Source of the DNA: Alphaproteobacteria bacterium
GTDB taxonomy: Bacteria; Pseudomonadota; Alphaproteobacteria; GCA-2731375
Length of the DNA: 64,000 nt
Assembly: GCA_965232515.1 (NCBI GenBank)
Contig: CBDDPY010000002.1
Coordinates: 3,104,001 to 3,168,000 of the forward strand
Direction: 5' to 3'
The position numbers and the translations under genes were made by a program. How positions within the stretch are numbered: the first letter of the stretch is position 1; the number at the start of each line of letters is the position of its first letter. Positions 38,574-46,801 of the stretch are shown piece after piece. Under the pieces are notes generated by a model. The model had not been told where the DNA came from and did not search any database. It worked only from the letters and a program-made list of their open reading frames with translations.

Positions 38574-39629
38574 ATGACGGAATTACGCAAACTCACCTTG
38601 GCCCTTTGCGCCGCCGGCGTCCTGGCGCTTGGCGGGGGCGCCGGCGCGGCGGCCGAAGAGTTGGTCGTGGTCTCGACCGGCGGCAGCTTCGGCGCGGCGC
38701 TGAAAGAGCACTTCTTCGATCCCTTTACCGCGGAGACGGGAATCGAGATCATCCATGTCCCGGCCACGGTCCAGCAGCAGAACGGCAAGCTGCGGGCGAT
38801 GCTGAAGGCGGGGAACGTCGAATTCGACATCCTGACGACGACGGACGACGCGGTGATCGGCGACGCCGAGGTCTACGAGGAACTCGACTGCGCCCGCGTG
38901 TCGAACGCCGCGAAATACGGCGTCGAGGGAACCTGTCACGGCCGCAGCCTGCTGCGCACGGCCGGCGCCAGCATGCTGGTCTACAAGACCGATGCATTTC
39001 CCGACGGCGGTCCGCGGAGCTGGTCCGATTTCTGGGATGTCGAGAGGTTTCCGGGCGCGCGCTGCCTGATCGGCGGCACGACCGAGAACCACACGCCGAT
39101 GCTGGCGGCGCTGGTAGCCGACGGGGTCTCGCCCGGCGAGCTATTCCCGATCGACATCGACCGGGCGGTCCGGAAACTGGAACAGTTGAAGCCGCACGTC
39201 GCGGCCTATTGGAGCAGCTATTCCCAGAGCCAGCAGCTGATGCGCGACGGCGAGTGCGTCGCATCGATCATGACCAACGGCCGGGCGATGTCGCTCAGAA
39301 ACGAAGGGTTCCCCCTCTCGCTCGTCTGGCAGGGTGCGTTCACAAACTCGGCCGGATGGGGGATCGCGACGCAGGCGCCGAACCGCGAGGCCGCCTACAA
39401 GTTCCTGGACTTCTGGATGAAGCGGCCCGAGGCGCATCTCGCCTTCTACCGGACGTTCTTCTACGGCACGGCGAACCGGGATGTGCTGCAACTGCTCAGC
39501 GTCGAAGAACGGGCCGACTATTATGCGCATCCCGATAACTTTGCCGGTCAGATTCAGTTGGATACGGCGTGGATCGGCGAGAATCTCGACACGATCCGAC
39601 GCCGCTATGCGGACTTCCTGTCGAAGTAG
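38574..39629 (+). CDS. PotD/PotF-like ABC substrate-binding protein
   Basis: Signal peptide, STGGS, PFTAETGI, WSDFWDVERFPG, ALVADGV, NGR. Confidence 0.88.
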   Translation: MTELRKLTLALCAAGVLALGGGAGAAAEELVVVSTGGSFGAALKEHFFDPFTAETGIEIIHVPATVQQQNGKLRAMLKAGNVEFDILTTTDDAVIGDAEVYEELDCARVSNAAKYGVEGTCHGRSLLRTAGASMLVYKTDAFPDGGPRSWSDFWDVERFPGARCLIGGTTENHTPMLAALVADGVSPGELFPIDIDRAVRKLEQLKPHVAAYWSSYSQSQQLMRDGECVASIMTNGRAMSLRNEGFPLSLVWQGAFTNSAGWGIATQAPNREAAYKFLDFWMKRPEAHLAFYRTFFYGTANRDVLQLLSVEERADYYAHPDNFAGQIQLDTAWIGENLDTIRRRYADFLSK

Positions 39630-39655
39630 CGGGACGCCTATCGGACTGGCATTGT

Positions 39656-39694
39656 CGGTTGGGTAAGCCGGCGGTTGACCGGCTTGCCCAACCG
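39656..39694 (+). other. Stem-loop after the substrate-binding protein gene
   Basis: CGGTTGGGTAAGCCGG-loop-CCGGCTTGCCCAACCG. Confidence 0.6.
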
Positions 39695-39743
39695 GTGCCG
39701 CGGACCGGCGGTGAGATGACCTTTAAACGCTTGGACTCAATCA

Positions 39744-40442
39744 ATGGCCGATGTCTCGACAGTATCCGAACTACAACCGCTGACCGACAAGAACACGCTC
39801 TCGGAACGCGTCTACCGGCAGTTGAAGCGCGCGCTGAAAGCCGGCGCGTTCGAACCCGGTCAGCGGATTACGAACCGCGCCGTGGCCAGCGCCCTCGACG
39901 TCAGCATGACACCGGCCCGCGAGGCGCTGTGGCGCCTGGTAGCGGAAGACGCGCTGGAGGTCGTCGGCCCGAAAACCATCGTCGTGCCGAACTTGTCGCC
40001 GAAACGCTACGACGAGATTTCCGGTATCCGGCAGGCGCTCGAGGGCATGGCGGCGCAGGCGGCGGCGGAGCGGGCCGACGCGGCGTTCGTCGACGACCTG
40101 CAGACCATTCAAATGACGTTCGCCGAGTTGCGGGCAAGGCGGGATTACCGGGCCGCGCTTGAAATGAACGAGGCGTTTCATTTCTCCTTGTACGAACGCG
40201 CCGACCAGCCCCGGCTTCTGACCATGATCGAAAGCCTGTGGGTGTCGATCGGCCCGTCGCTCAGCCTGCTCTATCCCCGGTTCGACAGTCGTGAAGACGG
40301 CGTCCGGCCACACCAGGACGTGATCAGAGGCCTCAGGGCCGGCGATCCCGCGCGCGTCCGGTCGGCGATCGAAGAGGACATCAGGATCGGCCGCGACAAG
40401 ATCATTCCGATGTTGGCGGAGCGTGTCCGAGAAGGCCGGTAA
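39744..40442 (+). CDS. GntR family regulator with FCD domain
   Basis: PGQRI, VSMTPAREAL, NEAFH, HQDVI. Confidence 0.92.
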   Translation: MADVSTVSELQPLTDKNTLSERVYRQLKRALKAGAFEPGQRITNRAVASALDVSMTPAREALWRLVAEDALEVVGPKTIVVPNLSPKRYDEISGIRQALEGMAAQAAAERADAAFVDDLQTIQMTFAELRARRDYRAALEMNEAFHFSLYERADQPRLLTMIESLWVSIGPSLSLLYPRFDSREDGVRPHQDVIRGLRAGDPARVRSAIEEDIRIGRDKIIPMLAERVREGR

Positions 40443-40460
40443 CACGAGAAAGGATGTTTC

Positions 40461-41903
40461 ATGTCCGACGACGTGGCGTTGCTCTCCGCGACCGAACTGC
40501 TGCAGCGGTTTCGCCGGAAAACGCTCTCCCCGGTCGAGGCCGCCAAGGCGGCGTTGGACCGTATCGACCGCTTCAACGGCGCGCTCAACGCCTTCCGGTT
40601 CGTCGCCCATGACGAGGCCCTGCAGGCGGCCAAGGACGCGGAGGCGCGATGGATGCGCGGTGAGCCGCGCGGCCTTGTCGACGGCGTGCCGACCACCATC
40701 AAGGACAGCCATCCCGTCAAGGGATGGTCGACGCTGCACGGTTCGCGAACGGTATCCGAGCAGGGTCCCTGGGACGACGACGCGCTGCACGCGGCGCGGC
40801 TGCGCGACCATGGCGCCGTGTTCCTGGGCAAGACCAACTTGTGCGAATTCGGCTGGAAATGCGTCACCGACAGTCCGCTGACCGGCGTCAGCCGCAATCC
40901 CTGGAACCCGGCCAAGACCTGTGGCGGCAGCAGCGGCGGCGCCGCGATCGCCGCGGCGACCGGCATGGGCGCGCTGCATATCGGCGGCGACGGCGGCGGA
41001 TCGATCCGGGCGCCCGCCGCGCTTTGCGGCGTGTTCGGCATCAAGGCGACTTATGGCCGCGTGCCGCGGTATCCGGCGGAATCATTCATTGCCTGCGCCC
41101 ATTTCGGCCCGCTGACCCGAACCGTTAGCGACGCCGCGCTCGCCATGACCGTGATCACCGAACCCAATCACCGCGATGCCTTCGCGCTGGCTTACGACGG
41201 CCGCGACTATCGCATCGGCCTGGACGACGGCGTCAAAGGTCTGCGCATCGCCTATAGCGCGGATCTGGGATACCTGACGGTCGATCCCGAGGTGGCCGAG
41301 ATCGTCGCAGACGCCGCCGGCGTGTTCGAGGAACTGGGCGCCGCCGTCGAAGCGGCCGATCCCGGCCTCGGCGATACCTTCGCGGCCTACAAGGTCATGA
41401 ACTCGGCCTATCAGGTGCCCAAGATCCACGGCAGATCCGACGCGCAGATCGCCATGATGGACCCGGTTCTGGTGGCGAACGCGCGGCGGGGTGAAGCGTT
41501 GTCGGCCTTCGATCTGCTGGAAGCCGGCAAGGTTCGCGCGGATATGGCCGAGAAGATGGCCGCGTTCCATCAGACCTACGATCTGCTGATTACGCCGACG
41601 TTGCCGGTCGCCGCATTCGACGTGGGGCGTAACAACCCGCCCGATTTCGACGCGGCGGCCAGTGCCGAAGACCGGCTCTATTGCCTGTTCAACCACTTCC
41701 TCTATCAGGTCAACTACACCCACCAGCCGGCCGTCAGCATTCCCTGCGGATTCACGCGCGGCGGGCTGCCCGTCGGGTTTCAGATCATCGGCCCGCGTCT
41801 TTCGGACCAGCGGGTCCTGACGGCCAGCCGCGCCTTCGAAGCGCTTCGCCCCTTTCAAATGCCGGGCGCGCAGCAACTGGCTTGCCTGGACGAGGCCGGT
41901 TGA
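40461..41903 (+). CDS. Amidase-signature family amidase
   Basis: GVPTTIKD, GKTN, NPWN, GGSSGG, DGGGSIR (Lys-Ser-Ser triad), PAVSIP, GLPVG. Confidence 0.93.
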   Translation: MSDDVALLSATELLQRFRRKTLSPVEAAKAALDRIDRFNGALNAFRFVAHDEALQAAKDAEARWMRGEPRGLVDGVPTTIKDSHPVKGWSTLHGSRTVSEQGPWDDDALHAARLRDHGAVFLGKTNLCEFGWKCVTDSPLTGVSRNPWNPAKTCGGSSGGAAIAAATGMGALHIGGDGGGSIRAPAALCGVFGIKATYGRVPRYPAESFIACAHFGPLTRTVSDAALAMTVITEPNHRDAFALAYDGRDYRIGLDDGVKGLRIAYSADLGYLTVDPEVAEIVADAAGVFEELGAAVEAADPGLGDTFAAYKVMNSAYQVPKIHGRSDAQIAMMDPVLVANARRGEALSAFDLLEAGKVRADMAEKMAAFHQTYDLLITPTLPVAAFDVGRNNPPDFDAAASAEDRLYCLFNHFLYQVNYTHQPAVSIPCGFTRGGLPVGFQIIGPRLSDQRVLTASRAFEALRPFQMPGAQQLACLDEAG

Positions 41904-41955
41904 CCGAAAAAAGCCGCATCGAGACGACTTCGGGCGATGGCGGGAGCCGGGGCGC

Positions 41956-42534
41956 TCAACCCTGCCCGCGCCCCATGGCATAGAATTCGTCGTTGGGGCG
42001 CATGGACGTGACGTTGGCCATGCGGTTCGAGAGGCCGAACAGGGCCGTGATGGCGGCGATGTCCCAGACGTCCTCGTCGCTGAAACCGTGTCCGCGCAGG
42101 GTGTCGAAGTCGGCATCGCCGATCGACCTGGAATCGTTCGAGACTTTGAGGGCGAAATCCAGCATGGCCACCTGCCGTGGCGTGATGTCCGCCTTGCGGT
42201 AGTTCACCGCCACCTGGTCGGCGATGAGCGCGTTCCTGGCGCGGATGCGCAGAACGGCGCCGTGCGCCACGACGCAGTAGAGGCAGCCGTTGTCGTTTGA
42301 CGTGGCGACGACGATCATTTCCTTCTCGGCGTCGCTGAGGCCGCCGTCTTTATGCATCAGCGCGTCGTGATAGGCGAAGAAGGCGCGCAGCTCGTCAGGC
42401 CGGTGGGCGAGCGCCAGGAACACGTTGGGCACGAAGCCGGCCTTCTCCTGCACCACCAGAACCTTTTCCCGGATGTCCTCGGGCAGGTCGGCGATGTCGG
42501 GCACGGGGTAGCGGCTGATGCGGGCGGCGCTCAT
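41956..42534 (-). CDS. AhpD-like peroxidase-related enzyme (CMD family)
   Basis: GFVPNVF, EKEMIVVATS, NGCLYCVVAHG, SNRMAN. Confidence 0.9.
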   Translation of the reverse strand: MSAARISRYPVPDIADLPEDIREKVLVVQEKAGFVPNVFLALAHRPDELRAFFAYHDALMHKDGGLSDAEKEMIVVATSNDNGCLYCVVAHGAVLRIRARNALIADQVAVNYRKADITPRQVAMLDFALKVSNDSRSIGDADFDTLRGHGFSDEDVWDIAAITALFGLSNRMANVTSMRPNDEFYAMGRGQG

Positions 42535-42671
42535 GGCGTGGTTCCTGCGGCTGAATCATGGTGCGGGTTGGATGGCCGGCCACGATAGCACCGTTCGGCG
42601 CCGATGGCGGCGGCCGGACGGCGCAAGGCGCATGGACTCGCGCACCGGGTTCGGGATAGCGTGGCCAAATG

Positions 42672-42686
42672 GAACGTTTAAAGAAC
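42672..42686 (+). promoter_or_regulatory. Alphaproteobacterial LexA (SOS) box
   Basis: GAAC-GTTTAAA-GAAC, an exact GAAC-N7-GAAC match. Confidence 0.65.
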
Positions 42687-42710
42687 ATTTCTGTCGGCAA
42701 GCTGGATGAC

Positions 42711-42917
42711 GTGCGACTGGACGACCTCGGCGACTGGGACCGGTTCGAGGCCATGTGCGTCCGGTGCCGGCATCGCAGGGTGCTGAATCCCGCCGGATTC
42801 CGCCGCCGATGGCCGGGCGCGACGCGGGTCGCCGATCTGGCAAGAAAGCTGCGCTGCAAGGGCTGCGGCAACCGCGACGGCAACAGCCTCGGCCTCCGCC
42901 GGGTGAAGCGGGATTGA
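42711..42917 (+). CDS. Small zinc-ribbon-like hypothetical protein
   Basis: CVRC and CKGC pairs; GTG 42711 preferred because ATG 42669 overlaps the LexA box. Confidence 0.6.
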   Translation: MRLDDLGDWDRFEAMCVRCRHRRVLNPAGFRRRWPGATRVADLARKLRCKGCGNRDGNSLGLRRVKRD

Positions 42918-42932
42918 CCGGCCTTTCCCCGA

Positions 42933-43346
42933 CTACGTCCGCGACTTCTTGGCATTCGTCGGGCCAGGCTTGGCGGTGAAGCGGTGGCCTTCGACCAGCT
43001 TCAACAGATCGAACGCGCTGATCATGCCGACGACCCGCTTTTCGTGGGTCACGACGAGGTGGTGGATCTTGCGCTTGCGCATGGCGCGCGCCGCGGCGCT
43101 GACGTCGTTGTAGGCCGGCACCGTGGTCACGACGTCGGTCATGATGCGCCGTATCGGCGTCTCGTCCTTGAGGCGCCGGGCGACATCGGCCGAGCTGACG
43201 ATGCCGACGGCCTCGCGGTCGGGGCCGACGACCGGCACGGCGTTGATGCGGTTGCGCTGCAACAGGTTGCGCACATGTGCGACCGTGTGGTGCGGCTGCG
43301 CCACGATGACACGCCTGGCCATCACGTCGGCGATCTTGACATTCAT
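42933..43346 (-). CDS. CBS domain pair protein
   Basis: KIADVM, INAVPVV, VGIVS, IHHLVV, VGMISAFD; start ATG 43346 after GGGGAG. Confidence 0.88.
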   Translation of the reverse strand: MNVKIADVMARRVIVAQPHHTVAHVRNLLQRNRINAVPVVGPDREAVGIVSSADVARRLKDETPIRRIMTDVVTTVPAYNDVSAAARAMRKRKIHHLVVTHEKRVVGMISAFDLLKLVEGHRFTAKPGPTNAKKSRT

Positions 43347-43462
43347 TCCGTTACTCCCCCAGTGCTTGAGGTTGCCGCCGTCGCCGTGATCGGTACGCCG
43401 GCCGCATCGATGAAAAGCTCTCCCTGTTCGCCACATCAAGCCGCGACCGGGCCGGCGCGGCA

Positions 43463-43476
43463 TTGAGGCCAATCAA
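43463..43476. promoter_or_regulatory. FNR/FixK box upstream of the CBS gene
   Basis: TTGAG-GCCA-ATCAA, one mismatch to TTGAT-N4-ATCAA. Confidence 0.6.
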
Positions 43477-43535
43477 GGTGGAAACGATAACGGCCGTTAG
43501 TCGCGAGTCCCGGCAACCGCGCGAACACGCGGGAA

Positions 43536-43614
43536 TTATGGTTACTGTCACCGGAATTGCGTGGAAGAGGCCAGCCCAGTTACGGTTACTGTCACCGGAA
43601 TTGTCACCGGAATT
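43536..43614. repeat. Short direct-repeat cluster (REP-like)
   Basis: TTA(T/C)GGTTACTGTCACCGGAATTG at 43536-43559 and 43580-43603, plus partial TGTCACCGGAATT at 43602-43614. Confidence 0.8.
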
Positions 43615-44557
43615 ATTGTCGATCCCGGCGGCGGGCGGTTTCGGCGGCGGCGATGGCCTGGATCTGGTCGCGGAGCCAGTGGAGGGCGGCGTCGCGGTCC
43701 GAGCGGGCTTGCCAGATCATGGAGAAGGTGAAGCGGTCGGTGGCGAACGGCGGCGGCCGCGTCGTGATGCCGAAGCCGTCGAGGAAGGGGGCGAGCACCG
43801 TGCGGGGTTCGGTGGCGACCAGGTCGGAAGACGCCAGGACCTGCGGCAAGAGCAGGAAATGACCGATGCCGAGGACGATGTGACGCGTCAAACCCCGGCG
43901 CGCGAGGAACCGATCCGGCAGGCCGGCGGGTTCGCCCGCCAGCGAAACATTGACGTGACGTGCGCCGGCGTAGGCCGCGAGGTCGAAAACGGCGCCATCC
44001 TGAAACAACGGGTGGCCGGCGCGGGCGGCGCAGACGAAATCCTCTTCCAGCAGCACCGCTTCGCGCATGCGCGACGGCGGCGGCGGGAAACTGCCGATCA
44101 CGCATTCGACCTCGCCGCGATCGAGCATCTCGAGGCCGATGGCATGGCTGGTGTGGCGCGCCAGGAACGTCAGGCGGTCGAGATCCCCGGCGGCGCGCGC
44201 CAGCAGCGGCGGCAGGAACAACGACGCCGCATAATCCGACATGCCGAGCACGAAGCGGCGGCGGCTCCGGGCCGGATCGAAGCGGTCGGCCTCGCCCACC
44301 ACGGCGCGGAGCTCGCCCAAGGCCCGGGTCAGGCCGGGCGCCAGCGCCAGCGCGCGCTGGGTCGGCGCCATGCGGCCGGCGCGGCGCACGAACAGCGGGT
44401 CGTGCCAGAGATCGCGCAGACGCTTGAGGGCGTGACTGACGGCCGACTGGGTCAGGCCGAGCCGCTGCGCCGCGCCGGTGACGCTGCCCTCTTCCAGCAG
44501 CGCGTCGAACACCAGCAGCGCCGACATGTCGAGCGACTTCAAGTTCGAATCATTCAT
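43613..44557 (-). CDS. LysR family regulator (NodD/MexT-like)
   Basis: SVTGAAQRLGLTQSAVSHALKRLR, DPLFVR, SDY, WLRDQI. Confidence 0.93.
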   Translation of the reverse strand: MNDSNLKSLDMSALLVFDALLEEGSVTGAAQRLGLTQSAVSHALKRLRDLWHDPLFVRRAGRMAPTQRALALAPGLTRALGELRAVVGEADRFDPARSRRRFVLGMSDYAASLFLPPLLARAAGDLDRLTFLARHTSHAIGLEMLDRGEVECVIGSFPPPPSRMREAVLLEEDFVCAARAGHPLFQDGAVFDLAAYAGARHVNVSLAGEPAGLPDRFLARRGLTRHIVLGIGHFLLLPQVLASSDLVATEPRTVLAPFLDGFGITTRPPPFATDRFTFSMIWQARSDRDAALHWLRDQIQAIAAAETARRRDRQ

Positions 44558-44645
44558 ATCGGCTATTAAATTTATGAATTAGAAGCATGTCCACTGGCGC
44601 ATTACCTGGGAGTCAGTCCAGCAAGCAGCCAACACGGAGCCCCTC

Positions 44646-45158
44646 ATGTTCATGCCGCGACATCTATTCACGCCGATCTTTTTCGGCCTCGGACTGACCC
44701 TCTTGACCGGAGATCCCGCCATGACCGCCACCCCTGCCAGCATCGAATCCACCGCCACGCCCGCCTGCGACATGCAGCAGGACCGCTATGCCCGGGGCTT
44801 CGAGCGGCTGAACCAGATCACCAAGGGCCAGGGCCAGGCCGTGGCCGAGGCGCTGTCCCGCACCTCGCCCGACCTCGCCCGCTTCGTCATCGAATATCCC
44901 TACGGTGACGTCGCCTGCCGGCCCGGCCTGACGCTGCCGCAGCGGCAATTGGCGACGGTCGCGGCGCTGGCCGCGCTCGGCTTCGCCGCGCCGGAGCTGA
45001 AGGTGCATATCCACGGCGCGCTGAACGTTGGCGTGACGGAGGACGAGATCATCGAGACCATGATCCTGATGTCGGTCTATGCCGGCTTCCCGGCCGCCCT
45101 GCACGGCCTGAGAAGCGCGCAGGAGGTGTTCGACGACCGCGCCGGTGCCGGCCGGTAG
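44646..45158 (+). CDS. Carboxymuconolactone decarboxylase family protein
   Basis: EYPYGD, RPGL, RQLATVAALAALG, ELKVHIHGALNVG, YAGFP; alternative start at 44721. Confidence 0.88.
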   Translation: MFMPRHLFTPIFFGLGLTLLTGDPAMTATPASIESTATPACDMQQDRYARGFERLNQITKGQGQAVAEALSRTSPDLARFVIEYPYGDVACRPGLTLPQRQLATVAALAALGFAAPELKVHIHGALNVGVTEDEIIETMILMSVYAGFPAALHGLRSAQEVFDDRAGAGR

Positions 45159-45266
45159 GCCGGGGCCGGCGTCCTCACGACATCTTCACGTCAATTTCAA
45201 CCACGGCACGCTGCACCGAGGCAGAGGGAAACTTGATCGCAACCACGCCATGCACAAATTTTCCCT

Positions 45267-46166
45267 ATGGCAACACCGACCCTGCGACAGCTCAAGTTTC
45301 TGGTCGCGCTGGGGGAAAACGGGTCTTTTTCGCGCGCGGCGGAACTCTGTCATGTGACGCAGCCGACACTGTCGGCGGCGATCAAGGAGCTGGAAGACCT
45401 GTTGGGCGTCCGGCTGGTCGAACGCGAGGCCCGCGGCGCGCGGCTGACGCATGCCGGCGAAACGGCCGTGCGGCAGGCGAACGTGGTGCTGGCCGAGGCC
45501 AACGAATTCGTCGCCTCGGTCAACACCGCCGGCCGCCTGCTGGAGGGCCCGTTCCAACTGGGCGCGATACCGACGATCGCGCCGTTCGTTTTCGCCCAGA
45601 CCGTGACGGCGCTGCGCAACGCCTATCCGCACGCCAGACTCTATCTGCATGAGGACAAGACCGACCGCCTGCTGGAGTGCCTGCGCACGCATCAGCTCGA
45701 CGCCGCGATCATCGCCCTGCCCTGGCGGGCGAGCGGGATCGAAGCGGTCTCGGTCTTCGACGACGAATTTCTGGTCGCCGCCCCGGCGCAGCACCGGCTG
45801 GCGCGGAAGAACGACCTGAGGCCGGACGACCTGGTCGACGAGGACATGCTGCTGCTGGAAGACGGCCATTGCCTGCGCGATCACGCGCTCTCCGTCTGCG
45901 CGCAAAGCGGCGGCTTCCGCAGCGCGCAGGTGGCGGCCACGTCGCTGACCACGCTGGTGAACATGGTGGCCGGCGGCCTCGGCGTGTCGCTGTTGCCCCG
46001 GCTGGCGGTCGAGAACGGTCTGCAGATCGGCGAGGCGGTCGCGGTGCGGCGGTTCGTCGAACCGGTCGTCGGCCGCTCGATTGGCGTCGCCTGGCGTGCC
46101 GGATCGTCGAAAGAAGCCGAAGCCCGCGCGATCGCCGACGTCCTGACCGGGATGTTCGGCGCCTAG
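45267..46166 (+). CDS. oxyR: Hydrogen peroxide-inducible genes activator (OxyR)
   Basis: LysR HTH; IPTIAP; LLLEDGHCLRDHALSVC containing both redox cysteines; TSLTTLVNMV; adjacent to catalase. Confidence 0.88.
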   Translation: MATPTLRQLKFLVALGENGSFSRAAELCHVTQPTLSAAIKELEDLLGVRLVEREARGARLTHAGETAVRQANVVLAEANEFVASVNTAGRLLEGPFQLGAIPTIAPFVFAQTVTALRNAYPHARLYLHEDKTDRLLECLRTHQLDAAIIALPWRASGIEAVSVFDDEFLVAAPAQHRLARKNDLRPDDLVDEDMLLLEDGHCLRDHALSVCAQSGGFRSAQVAATSLTTLVNMVAGGLGVSLLPRLAVENGLQIGEAVAVRRFVEPVVGRSIGVAWRAGSSKEAEARAIADVLTGMFGA

Positions 46167-46170
46167 CCCC

Positions 46171-46725
46171 CTATTTCCCGGTCAGCAAAGCGACCATTTC
46201 GTCGTTGCCCTGGATACGGGCCAGCAGCAGCGCGGTGTTGCCCAGGAGGTCGCGCCGGGCGACGTCGGCGCCGGCCGCGCGCAGCATGCGGACCTGGGCC
46301 GTGCGGCCGAACAAAGCCGCCATCATGACCGCGGTCTGGCCGCTGTCGTTTCGGGCGTTCACGTCACAGCCCAGACCGATCAGCTTCGCCGCCATGCGGT
46401 CGTGGCCCTTGAAAGCAACGCCCATCAGCGCCGAGTTGCCGTCGCGGTCGGTCGCGCAGGCATCGGCGCCGCGCGAAACCAGAAAATCGACCGCCGCCGG
46501 CCGGTCGTTGTAGGCGGCGAGAATGAGGGCCGTGTAGCCCTTGGCGTTGCGGGCGTCCACCGGCGCGCCGGCATCGATCAGGCCCCGCAGAATATCGACC
46601 CGGCCCTGGCGCGCGGCGTCGAAATAGATCTCGGCGATCTGTTCAGGTGTGTAGCGCGGTTCCGCCGGCGCCGGGATGGCGTAAACGACGATCAGCAGCG
46701 CGAACAGCCATTTCGACATCGTCAT
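46171..46725 (-). CDS. ankB: Periplasmic ankyrin-repeat protein (AnkB-like)
   Basis: Start ATG 46725 after GGAGG; signal peptide; GYTALILAAYN, GNSALMGVAFKG, GQTAVMMAALFG repeats; directly downstream of catalase. Confidence 0.85.
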   Translation of the reverse strand: MTMSKWLFALLIVVYAIPAPAEPRYTPEQIAEIYFDAARQGRVDILRGLIDAGAPVDARNAKGYTALILAAYNDRPAAVDFLVSRGADACATDRDGNSALMGVAFKGHDRMAAKLIGLGCDVNARNDSGQTAVMMAALFGRTAQVRMLRAAGADVARRDLLGNTALLLARIQGNDEMVALLTGK

Positions 46726-46744
46726 GTTCCTCCGTGAGGATAAA

Positions 46745-46788
46745 GACGGCGCGGTGCGCATGGGGGGTTCGCAACGCACCGCGCCGTC
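46745..46788 (-). other. Stem-loop between katB and ankB
   Basis: Perfect 14-bp stem GACGGCGCGGTGCG / CGCACCGCGCCGTC. Confidence 0.7.
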
Positions 46789-46801
46789 CCGGCAACCGTC
46801 G

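Noticed and set aside
43536-43614. Possible mini CRISPR array
   Set aside because: Only two full repeats, one 20-bp spacer, a third copy abutting without a spacer, and no cas genes or leader in the window
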